Assembly (NCBI GenBank): GCA_051382335.1
Contig: JBBCAX010000144.1
Location: forward strand, 1 to 63,833
DNA from: Deltaproteobacteria bacterium TL4
Lineage (GTDB): Bacteria; SAR324; NAC60-12
DNA length: 63,833 bases
Direction of reading: 5' to 3'
The notes beneath the pieces were generated by a model. The model was given only the letters and a program-made list of their open reading frames with translations, was not told the origin of the DNA and ran no database searches. The first letter of the stretch is position 1, and each line of letters opens with the position of its first letter. Position numbers and translations under genes: made by a program. Shown piece by piece: positions 55,274 to 63,833 of the stretch.

Positions 55274-58200
55274 ATGTTTCATCAACAATATTACTTACTG
55301 GGCTTCACTCTGGGATTCTTGTTCCTTCTTTGTTCAGGGTGCAGTGAAAGTGAGGAATCTTCAATTCAAAGTGCTACAGAAATAAAAATAAATACGGACA
55401 GCGTTGTCACCTCAGAACGAGGGGGGTGGGCCGAATTTTCAGTGTCCCTTACCAATGCTCCAAGAGCTAATGTGGTGATCCCTCTGGAAATTGATAATCC
55501 CCACGAAGGGAATGTCGAGCCAACCCAAATATTGTTTGATATCGACTCATGGCAAGAACCTCAAAAAGTCAGAGTTACCGGAGTGGATGACGACGTTGCT
55601 GATGGAAATCAAAATTACAAAATTCATTTATTAGCGGCCATCAGTCGGGATCCACAGTATCGTGGGATCCTTCCAGGAAGCGTTGATGTCCTTAATACCG
55701 ATGATGAAATTCCTGGTATTTTTCTAAGCACAAGGGAAGTTCAAACGTCTGAAACCGGAAAGACCGCTTCATTTACCGTGCGATTACAATCCCGCCCCTT
55801 GGAGGATGTGATCATTCAGGTAAAAATCACTGATTTAACGGAAGGACAAGTCCAACCGGATTCGTTTATATTTACTCCTGACAATTGGTCCAAGCCTCAA
55901 ATAGTTACAGTACAAGGCGTTGACGACGAGGAAGTTGACGGTCCTCAGAGTTATTCATTAGAGTTGGGGCCGACAATCAGTAAAAGTCTTATTTATAATG
56001 GTGTAACGCTCCCTTTTGTGACTGTTATAAACTTAGATGATGAAAGTAGCGGATTCATTGTTTCCACGAACCACAACCACACCGCTGAAGCTGGAGATAC
56101 CGCCTCAATTGCTGTTAAACTTACAGTCAAACCTTCCGCAGATGTGATCTTGCCCGTATCTGTCAGTGATGCCAGCGAAGCGACAATCGCTCCCTCTGAA
56201 CTTCACTTTACTTCAAACCAATGGAATCAAAACCAAACGATAACTATTAAAGGTGTTGATGACCCGGAAACTGATGGAAATCAAGAATTTCAAATCATTT
56301 GGGGACCCTCACAAAGTCTCGATTCAACTTACCAAGGGATTCAACTTGATCCACTGAGTTTTATAAATAGTGATGATGATGTTCCCCATGTTTTAATCAC
56401 ACTTTCAGGAACAGAAACTTCAGAAACAGGCAGTAGCGTTAAAATGAATCTGAGGTTACAAAGCAAACCCGCTGAAGACGTCCTGATCCACATGAAAAGC
56501 AGTGATCTGACCGAAGGCCGACTCTCTGCGCCTTCAGTCTATTTTTCCCCTGATACCTGGAATCAAACTCAAACAATCCTCATCATTGGTGTGAATGATG
56601 AGCAGCATGATGGTCGTCAACCTTATGAAATTCAATTTTCAACTATTGAAAGTCGTGATCATCATTACCGGGATCTACGTTTGGAGAGTCTCAAACTGAT
56701 CAATAAAGACGATGATTTGGACGGGATATCCCTTCAGATCCCAAAAGAGCAATACACTACCGAAAAAGGGACGCAAATTCGTATTCCAATCAAACTTCTT
56801 TCTCAACCTCAGGATCGGATAATCCTTAATTTTACCAGCACAGACCTTTCTGAAGCCTATGTGACTCCTGATAAAATGACTTTTAATATCAAGGATTGGA
56901 ATAGTGAACAGTGGCTTACGATTATAGGCTTAAACGATGATGAAGCTGATGGGGCTCAAGCTTATCAGGTTCAAATGGATCTATCTCAAAGCCGAGACAC
57001 CCATTATCAAAAAATCGAACAAGCGCCTCTTGTGTTTAAGAATCTGGATGATGATCAGGTTGGGCTTTTACATAGCGAAATCAGTGGGAATACGCACGAA
57101 CCTGATGGTACGGCTACGTTTTCAGTCAGACTTCGCAGTCAACCTAAGGCTCCTGTCAGTGTGACTCTCAAGAGTCAGAATAGCAAGGAAGGTCTGGTTA
57201 CTCCAACCAGGGTTTTCTTTGATCGGAATAATTGGAGTGAATCCCAGATCGTAACGGTTACAGGTCAAGATGATTTTGTGGCCGATGGAGATCAACCTTA
57301 CACCCTCACACTCGGTCCTGTTGAAAGTCAGGATGAGTCTTATCAAAAAATAAAAACAACTTCCTTGACGCTTAAAAATATGGATAATGACCGTCCGGAT
57401 ATCCTATGGAATTCGCTTTCAAATGTAACTTCAGAAGAGGGACAAGCTGCAGAAATTGAGATAAAACTCAGTTCTCAACCTCTTTCTGGTGTGCAAATTG
57501 ACGTCTTCAGCAGTGCTCCTGACGAAGGACAAGTCTCTACCTCCCAGGTTCTTTTCACACCGGATGATTGGAATCAACCTCAGTTGATAAAAGTCATCGG
57601 GGTAAATGATTATGGTCCTGACGGAGACCAAATTTATTTTATTGAAACCAAACCTTCCCTTTCTAACGATTCTCACTATAACGGTCTCAAACCAGGCGCT
57701 ATCAAATTAACAAATCTTGATATTTTTCAGATTCAGGTAAGCCTCGGAATGAACCATGCTTGCCGTCTGAGCAGTTCGGGGAGAGTTGAGTGTTGGGGGA
57801 AAGGGGAGTCCGGTCAATTAGGTGCTCAAGGGGTACGTACATCACAACCCCCTATCCTCGTTCAAGAACTCAATGATGCCAAACAAATTGCCGCTGGTAC
57901 TCGTCATACCTGTGCCTTATCTCACTCCGGTACTGTTAAATGCTGGGGTTCTAATGATTTGGGACAACTTGGCGATGGCGGTACCCGTTCTAAGTTTATC
58001 CCAGTACAAGTTCGAGATTTAATCAATGTAGAACGCATTGACATTGGTGTGGCGCATAGTTGTGCCGTGACCAATGAGGGGTCCCTGTTTTGCTGGGGAG
58101 ATGGTTTCTATGGTCAACTCGGTAATGACTCATCTGTAATGAAACAATCGATACCTATTAAAGTGAAGAATATTAATGAGGTACAGTCAGTTGCTTTAGG

Positions 58201-58735
58201 AGAACATCATAGTTGCGGCGTGGTGAAATCAGGGGAGGTCTACTGCTGGGGCATAAAAGATTATGCTCAACAAGGCAGAGTTGCTTTACATGAAAAGAAT
58301 GGTATTCCTGAAAAAATTGAAGGAATCAAGGATGCAATAGAAATTTCAGCAGGACTGCATCACACCTGTGTCCTTTTAAAAAACAGGAAGGTTCAATGTT
58401 GGGGGGAAGGAAAATATGGACAATTAGGTGATGGAAAATTAGAAGGTAGCCTGAAGCCTGTGTTTGTTTCAGCGCTTGCTGAGGTTTCACAACTGGCTTC
58501 TGGGGAATCTCACAACTGTGCTTTATTAAATAATGGTGATGTCCATTGCTGGGGAAGAGGTACGGAAGGACAATTAAAAAAAGGAGGGCTGAAAAATGAG
58601 CCAGTTCCTATCCTCGTTACTCCAGAAAATATAATGCAAATACAATATCTTGCCGCAGGAGGTTCCTCTACCTGTATCATCACCGCTACTGGTGATGTTA
58701 GTTGCTGGGGAAGTCTGGAACTCATTAAAAAATAG
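55274..58735 (+). CDS. Surface lipoprotein with seven Calx-beta/cadherin-like repeats and an RCC1 propeller
   Basis: Lipobox CSGC; 7 repeats TxExG...W...GxDD...DGxQ...NxDD; 7 RCC1 blades (GxxHxC...CWG). Confidence 0.85.
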   Translation: MFHQQYYLLGFTLGFLFLLCSGCSESEESSIQSATEIKINTDSVVTSERGGWAEFSVSLTNAPRANVVIPLEIDNPHEGNVEPTQILFDIDSWQEPQKVRVTGVDDDVADGNQNYKIHLLAAISRDPQYRGILPGSVDVLNTDDEIPGIFLSTREVQTSETGKTASFTVRLQSRPLEDVIIQVKITDLTEGQVQPDSFIFTPDNWSKPQIVTVQGVDDEEVDGPQSYSLELGPTISKSLIYNGVTLPFVTVINLDDESSGFIVSTNHNHTAEAGDTASIAVKLTVKPSADVILPVSVSDASEATIAPSELHFTSNQWNQNQTITIKGVDDPETDGNQEFQIIWGPSQSLDSTYQGIQLDPLSFINSDDDVPHVLITLSGTETSETGSSVKMNLRLQSKPAEDVLIHMKSSDLTEGRLSAPSVYFSPDTWNQTQTILIIGVNDEQHDGRQPYEIQFSTIESRDHHYRDLRLESLKLINKDDDLDGISLQIPKEQYTTEKGTQIRIPIKLLSQPQDRIILNFTSTDLSEAYVTPDKMTFNIKDWNSEQWLTIIGLNDDEADGAQAYQVQMDLSQSRDTHYQKIEQAPLVFKNLDDDQVGLLHSEISGNTHEPDGTATFSVRLRSQPKAPVSVTLKSQNSKEGLVTPTRVFFDRNNWSESQIVTVTGQDDFVADGDQPYTLTLGPVESQDESYQKIKTTSLTLKNMDNDRPDILWNSLSNVTSEEGQAAEIEIKLSSQPLSGVQIDVFSSAPDEGQVSTSQVLFTPDDWNQPQLIKVIGVNDYGPDGDQIYFIETKPSLSNDSHYNGLKPGAIKLTNLDIFQIQVSLGMNHACRLSSSGRVECWGKGESGQLGAQGVRTSQPPILVQELNDAKQIAAGTRHTCALSHSGTVKCWGSNDLGQLGDGGTRSKFIPVQVRDLINVERIDIGVAHSCAVTNEGSLFCWGDGFYGQLGNDSSVMKQSIPIKVKNINEVQSVALGEHHSCGVVKSGEVYCWGIKDYAQQGRVALHEKNGIPEKIEGIKDAIEISAGLHHTCVLLKNRKVQCWGEGKYGQLGDGKLEGSLKPVFVSALAEVSQLASGESHNCALLNNGDVHCWGRGTEGQLKKGGLKNEPVPILVTPENIMQIQYLAAGGSSTCIITATGDVSCWGSLELIKK

Positions 58736-58922
58736 CCTGAGCCTTTTCTGATAACAATTTCACCTTTTCTCATCCTGCTAAAATAAACCGTTTGTCTGAT
58801 TGTACTGTTTAAATTAACAATGGATCGCATATAAAAAATATTGTTAAAATAATATTATGTATCCTTAATTTTAAAAATTAAGGACCTCCAACAAACATCC
58901 TATCCACAAAACTTCTAATATT

Positions 58923-60122
58923 TCAAAGAAAATATTCCTGAAACTGACCACGCATACAATGATTGGAACTCATGGAAACTGCATAACCTCCGGTATTGAG
59001 GATTGCCAGGAAGTCTCCTTCCTTGAGATTGGATGGCAAATGAACGGATTCTGCCAGGATATCTATGGCTTCGTTAATATTTCCAACAACAGACATTGGA
59101 ATCGTTTGGAGGGCTGGATCAGGAGCATGGACAGGAACAATTTTATGAGGAATTCCATAAAAAGCAGGTTCTCCCAAAAGATTGCTACCCCCATCCACAA
59201 AGACCCATAATTTGTCACGCTTTTTTTCTACAGCCGTAACTTGAACCAGTAGAACGCCGGCATCCTTGACCAGATAGTCTCCAGGTTCAACAAATACTTT
59301 TACCTTGAAGGGCTTGAGGTAAGAATCACTCAAATGAACCCACTGCTCTAAATCCAATGTTTCATCGTCTTCTGTTATTGGAATGCCAAGTCCTCCTCCC
59401 AAATTAACATAGTGGATGGTTGAGTGTTTCTGACATTCTTCGAGGAACCAGCGAATTTTATCGAGGGCTGACTTTACCAAGGGTAATTGGGGGGTAAGGG
59501 TTCCCCATCCTAGATGACAATGAATCCCTTCCAATTCAAGGTGATACTTTCTAATAAGTTGAAGTGCCTCAGGAAAAGCATCCGCATAGATTCCAAATTT
59601 GGTCGTTTTATCCCCTGAATATTGAAATGAGGCATTATAGCCAGTTCCAGAACCCGGATTGATACGAACTCCGACCCTGCGTCCTGGAACTTTTTCTCCA
59701 ATGCGTCGAATCTGACTCAGGGAATCACAATTGATCCGCATCTCAGAATATCGGAGCAGTCGTTCCAAATCCTGATTGGAAACCGCTGTTCCTGTAAAGG
59801 AGATTTGTGACGGTTGAAATCCAACCTGCCTTGCCAACAACACTTCATTGGGAGAACAACAATCAACTCCGGTTAGTCCCAACGCCCTTATATGGCTGAG
59901 TAACGGAAGATTCCGGTTAGCTTTCATGGCATAAAAAATTTGGAACGAGGAAAACTGGGAACCAAGTACCTGATGGAGTCGCCGTATGTTTTCTGTAATG
60001 CGAGTTGAATTATAAAGAAAGCAGGGGGTATCTACAGACTTTACAAATTCATGGAGATTCTCATCTCCCAGAAACATATCTCCATTTTTGTACCCCAAAT
60101 CGTTACGACTCCACCACTCCAT
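58923..60122 (-). CDS. LysA/ODC-family (fold type III) PLP enzyme with a non-canonical active site
   Basis: FYAMKAN (PLP Lys), VRINPG, KFGI, HCHLG, NLGGG, EPGDY; GNINEAID replaces GPxCESxD. Confidence 0.85.
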   Translation of the reverse strand: MEWWSRNDLGYKNGDMFLGDENLHEFVKSVDTPCFLYNSTRITENIRRLHQVLGSQFSSFQIFYAMKANRNLPLLSHIRALGLTGVDCCSPNEVLLARQVGFQPSQISFTGTAVSNQDLERLLRYSEMRINCDSLSQIRRIGEKVPGRRVGVRINPGSGTGYNASFQYSGDKTTKFGIYADAFPEALQLIRKYHLELEGIHCHLGWGTLTPQLPLVKSALDKIRWFLEECQKHSTIHYVNLGGGLGIPITEDDETLDLEQWVHLSDSYLKPFKVKVFVEPGDYLVKDAGVLLVQVTAVEKKRDKLWVFVDGGSNLLGEPAFYGIPHKIVPVHAPDPALQTIPMSVVGNINEAIDILAESVHLPSNLKEGDFLAILNTGGYAVSMSSNHCMRGQFQEYFL

Positions 60123-60123
60123 A

Positions 60124-60903
60124 TCAGCTTTTCCTTGCAATAATCATAAGAGTTCCTGCGTATGGACGTCCATCTGGCGCAGGCAGGTATTCGTACTGAA
60201 AGTCCTTTGGATTTATTCCACATTCAAATAAACAGGGTTTAATCCAGTCGATTGAAATTGGAACAGGAGGTATTGCCGGTTCTGTATCGTAAACCCAATT
60301 TTTAAATTCCAAATGGGTGGATAAACTCAGGAGAAGCCAGCCTCCTGGACGAACGAGGCGAATCATGTTCTGTGCAACCTGTTTCCATTCATCAGAGGTA
60401 GAGACTGCTGTCTCAGTACAGTAATGCGCGGTCACCAGATCATATTGGGGATCCTGTGGTTTTCCTAAAACCCAGTATTCTCTTAAATTACATCCTGAAA
60501 GTAGAGTTATAGACTGACGCAATAAGGTTTCCCGTTCCTCAACCGCCTCTTTTGTAACAGGTAATCCTTCTGTTTGGAGAACAAGCCTGATGCAGAGTGT
60601 CCAGTCAAAGGCCGAAGGATCCTTCAGAAGCCATAATCGGATTTCTGCCATGCTGTCTTCAACATAATCGGTCAGATGAATATTCCGAAAATACCTGACC
60701 AGAGGGATGGTGGTATAGAGAGTGGGACCTACCCCGATTTCCAGGGCGTAGGGAGTTTCTGGAAGATAGGGGTGCATTTTGAGAAGAGCCTGACACCAAA
60801 AGCGATAGAGGCCTTCATATTCTTCTCCTAACTCCAGAAAAAAATTTTCCAGATATTGACGGGAAGCTTGAGCTACTGTGTTGGATATTGGAACATCAAT
60901 CAT
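60124..60903 (-). CDS. NNMT/PNMT/TEMT-family SAM-dependent methyltransferase
   Basis: YLENFF, LEIGVGPT, IHLTDY, WL...AFDW, YDLVTAHYC, LVRPGGWL. Confidence 0.8.
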   Translation of the reverse strand: MIDVPISNTVAQASRQYLENFFLELGEEYEGLYRFWCQALLKMHPYLPETPYALEIGVGPTLYTTIPLVRYFRNIHLTDYVEDSMAEIRLWLLKDPSAFDWTLCIRLVLQTEGLPVTKEAVEERETLLRQSITLLSGCNLREYWVLGKPQDPQYDLVTAHYCTETAVSTSDEWKQVAQNMIRLVRPGGWLLLSLSTHLEFKNWVYDTEPAIPPVPISIDWIKPCLFECGINPKDFQYEYLPAPDGRPYAGTLMIIARKS

Positions 60904-61454
60904 GGATACGCCTCAATAATCATCTCATAGTTGGATGGAGTTTGTCTAAAATCCCTACTCTCCTTGAAATCCTCCTGCTGTTTTTTTAGATAATCCGCAA
61001 TCCATATTCCATAACGTTTTTTTAAGAATTCCTTCCTGAACCGAAATCCTTGTATTTTTTTTCGGCATAACGAACTCCCACATAAACAGTCTGGAAGTGT
61101 GATGGATTCATATTCTGTCGTTTCATAATCAAAGGTAATTTCTTCATTGCCTTTAATACCCCTCAAGGCAACAAAATCGTAGCATCCAAACTGATTATTT
61201 CTGACTCCGGTATTGGGCTCACAGGAATGATTAACAAAGCAGGCAGGCTCTTCAATATGGACATGACGATTGAAATCCATCTGCAGGGAATAAATCGTTT
61301 GGCCCGGAGCATCCTCAGTTCGACGACCAATCAAGATCGTTTCCCCTGTTAAATAATCTCTGCTGGAAAAAACTCCTTTTCCTTTAGATGTCTCCTGAAT
61401 ATGCACATGAGGTTTAACTTCTGATGCCGAATGCTTTTTCTCATGCAGTGTCAT
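60900..61454 (-). CDS. SET-domain protein with post-SET zinc motif
   Basis: KGKGVFS, FVNHSCEPN, EEITFDY, CLCGSSLC; AAGGAG RBS. Confidence 0.9.
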   Translation of the reverse strand: MTLHEKKHSASEVKPHVHIQETSKGKGVFSSRDYLTGETILIGRRTEDAPGQTIYSLQMDFNRHVHIEEPACFVNHSCEPNTGVRNNQFGCYDFVALRGIKGNEEITFDYETTEYESITLPDCLCGSSLCRKKIQGFRFRKEFLKKRYGIWIADYLKKQQEDFKESRDFRQTPSNYEMIIEAYP

Positions 61455-61529
61455 AAAAGCTCCTTAAATAAAAGTTGACTGAAACGTGTAAGTCCACAAG
61501 CGTCTTAAAAAACATAGGGATAAAATCCC

Positions 61530-63647
61530 TTAAGCTGGATTTTCATTTAAGTCTGTGTCCGCACGGTGATGATGCAATAAACGGTCCTTATGTTGAAGGA
61601 CAGGCATCATTGCATTGAGGGCACCTACCCCACCTGCAATCATGTAAAGAAAGATGGATGAGTAAATCTGGAAATGGAAAAAGAAAACCCCAGTCACTCC
61701 AATAGTTCCTGGAACCACGGCTGCGTAAAAACTGTTTTTCATGTTTTGTTTCATATCCTTGGCCAAATCAAATAAGGGACATAACTGATTCAAGGTTCGA
61801 TCCATCAGAATAATGCCTGCTGTATCGACTGCGGCAGAGGAGGCTCCCTGAAGAGAAATGGAAACCTTAGCAAGTTTCAGCGCCACCGTATCATTGATGC
61901 CATCACCAATAAAACAAACAGATTTTCCTGAAGCCTGTAGTTCCTCAATCAGCTTGGCTTTTTCTTGAGGCAGCACTTCCGCAAACCAGGATTCAATCCC
62001 CAGTTCCTGAGCTAACTCTCGAGTAGGTGTTTCATGGTCTCCTGACAAAACATATAAATTCAGATTGAGTGCCTGAAGTCCCTGAATGACTCGCTTTGCT
62101 TCCGGACGAAGGGTGGTGTGCAATTCCAGCGCTCCTACCGTCTTACCATTCATAGCAACATACACGAGAGAAAAACCTTTTTCATTACAATACTGCTCAA
62201 CGCGTGAAGCACCAGAATCCCACTGAACCCCTTCATTATCCATGAACCGATGGCTTCCTACATGAATGACATCCTGATCCCTTTGAACTTTAATGCCATA
62301 GCCGACTTCATAATGTGCGGTATCAATAAGAGTACACTCCAGACTCCGCTCCTGAGCAGCCTGTAAGATCGCCCGGGCAATGGGGTGAGTTTGTTTAAAT
62401 TCTGCGGCGGCCGCTAATTGAAGAACCTCTTCCTCGGTTAATGAATTCCAGACATGGATGAACTCTACATGCGGTTGTTCCAGTGTAAGCGTTCCCGTCT
62501 TGTCAAAAACAATCGTATCCACTTCACTTAATAATTCGAGACAGCGCCCATCTTTAATCAAAATTCCATTTTCAGAAGCAATTTTAAAATAATTCAAAAT
62601 TCCCAGAGGCGCGCTGATTCTAACAAGGTCCAGATAGTTACAACAAATCACGGCAACCGCACTGATCGGTCCCAAAAAATTCCAAGCAAGAGCGCCTAGC
62701 GCCAGAGTCGGAATGGAGGAATCATCCGCGATCTGCACACTCTTCAGTTCCAAGGAGGATTTAAAATCAGTAGTATTTTTCAAAATCTGAGCAATTTTTG
62801 CGGCAGTGGTCTGCTCTCCGGTTTCCTGAACCGATAATTGAATCTTACCTGAAATCACATAAGTTGCTGCAAACACCGGATCTCCACTCATTTTTTCAAC
62901 GGGTTGAGCCTCTCCTGTCAAAATACGTTGGTCAACGGAGGCAATACCATTCAGGATTAACCCATCCACCGGGATCAGGTCACCCGCCTGAAGAATAATC
63001 ACATCTCCAACCTGTAACTTCTCAAAAGGAATCTCAATCTCAACCTGATCTTTGAACAACCAAACCTTGCCCGGTGTTTTTCCAAAGATAGTTCCTATTT
63101 GCTTTTTAGAATGATCTTCTGTTTTGTAGAGAAACTTCACTCCTAGAAAATAAGCCAGACCCGCCACTGAGCTTGCAACATAATAATGTGTTGCGAGGGT
63201 GGCTACGCCTGCAATGGAATCCACAACACTGGCACGTATGTGGTGTTCAATAAATAAACTTTTCCAGGCATTCTTGAAGATTGGAATATAAGTATAGATC
63301 AGCAGAGGGACTGAAACCAGTTTCAATGCAGGAAAGGCCAAACTCCCCGCAACGGAAACTCCGAGGGCAATCATAGAAACCTGGAGGTAGGTGTTTATTT
63401 CTTGTTCATGATAATTTTCAGGAATTTCTGCTTTTGAAAGGGGTTGGAGTGTTTCATCGGGAGTTGTTACAAGTAGGTTCTGAGAATTTTTTGTTTTGGA
63501 AGCAGAACTTTCTATCTGAATGAAATCTGCTGAATTCCTCTGAAATTTTGGTTTGAACGATTCCTGCATTTCTTTATTCTTTTGTGCCTTATAAGCTTCA
63601 TATCCAGCATACAATATTCCGCCAAAAATGATTAACCCCTGAATCAT
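61530..63647 (-). CDS. P1B-type heavy-metal-translocating ATPase with atypical TM motif
   Basis: LTGEA, FDKTGTLT, HPIA, GDGIND; CCNYLD instead of CPC; no CxxC metal-binding domain. Confidence 0.9.
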   Translation of the reverse strand: MIQGLIIFGGILYAGYEAYKAQKNKEMQESFKPKFQRNSADFIQIESSASKTKNSQNLLVTTPDETLQPLSKAEIPENYHEQEINTYLQVSMIALGVSVAGSLAFPALKLVSVPLLIYTYIPIFKNAWKSLFIEHHIRASVVDSIAGVATLATHYYVASSVAGLAYFLGVKFLYKTEDHSKKQIGTIFGKTPGKVWLFKDQVEIEIPFEKLQVGDVIILQAGDLIPVDGLILNGIASVDQRILTGEAQPVEKMSGDPVFAATYVISGKIQLSVQETGEQTTAAKIAQILKNTTDFKSSLELKSVQIADDSSIPTLALGALAWNFLGPISAVAVICCNYLDLVRISAPLGILNYFKIASENGILIKDGRCLELLSEVDTIVFDKTGTLTLEQPHVEFIHVWNSLTEEEVLQLAAAAEFKQTHPIARAILQAAQERSLECTLIDTAHYEVGYGIKVQRDQDVIHVGSHRFMDNEGVQWDSGASRVEQYCNEKGFSLVYVAMNGKTVGALELHTTLRPEAKRVIQGLQALNLNLYVLSGDHETPTRELAQELGIESWFAEVLPQEKAKLIEELQASGKSVCFIGDGINDTVALKLAKVSISLQGASSAAVDTAGIILMDRTLNQLCPLFDLAKDMKQNMKNSFYAAVVPGTIGVTGVFFFHFQIYSSIFLYMIAGGVGALNAMMPVLQHKDRLLHHHRADTDLNENPA

Positions 63648-63833
63648 AAAAGTTCCTTGCTAATGAAATTCAAATTTATAAACACCTATAGATGCTAAAT
63701 GTTTGATTGAAGTTTGTTTTAAAATATATTTCAAGTTTGATTTTTTTGTTATAGTACTAGGAATTAGGTTTGGTATTATATTGATATTATGAAATATTCT
63801 TCTATATTTTTTATAGGAGGTGCCTATGAAAAT

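Noticed and set aside
1..63833. CRISPR array, tRNA, rRNA or riboswitch
   Set aside because: No regularly spaced repeat-spacer series or recognisable RNA consensus seen by eye; an Infernal/tRNAscan run is needed to exclude them fully.

Overview
AT-rich bacterial chromosomal window. Gene content (many TPR-tailed class III cyclases, STAS/Zn-ribbon proteins, RCC1 lipoproteins) suggests a deltaproteobacterium-like organism such as SAR324; this is inference only. Housekeeping genes (tsaB-tsaE, envC-like, dnaG-rpoD-phoBR-like, glgC, msrB, rnr) are mixed with large signalling proteins: an SLC5-transporter histidine kinase fused to PP2C, a triple-7TM/GAF cyclase, a Ser/Thr kinase-AAA-GAF-PP2C, a HAMP cyclase and an MCP. 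There are three large surface lipoproteins, including one with three DUF3494 ice-binding domains lying between two transposase remnants. Intergenic DNA holds several gene remnants missed by the ORF track (ISAzo13-derived miniature element, type III restriction Res tail, methyltransferase stub) and REP/MITE-like palindromes. Best novelty candidates: (1) a locus of an atypical P1B ATPase, a SET protein, an NNMT/PNMT/TEMT-family methyltransferase and a LysA-like PLP enzyme lacking the catalytic Cys (58923-63647); (2) a transporter-sensor partner-switching module (678-6711); (3) an orphan tandem-NHLP RiPP precursor (41099-41725); (4) a membrane-anchored protein with 15 indel-free 27-aa repeats (23076-24629). 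No rRNA, tRNA, CRISPR array, reverse transcriptase or intact transposase was recognised. All calls come from motif reading, not database searches.
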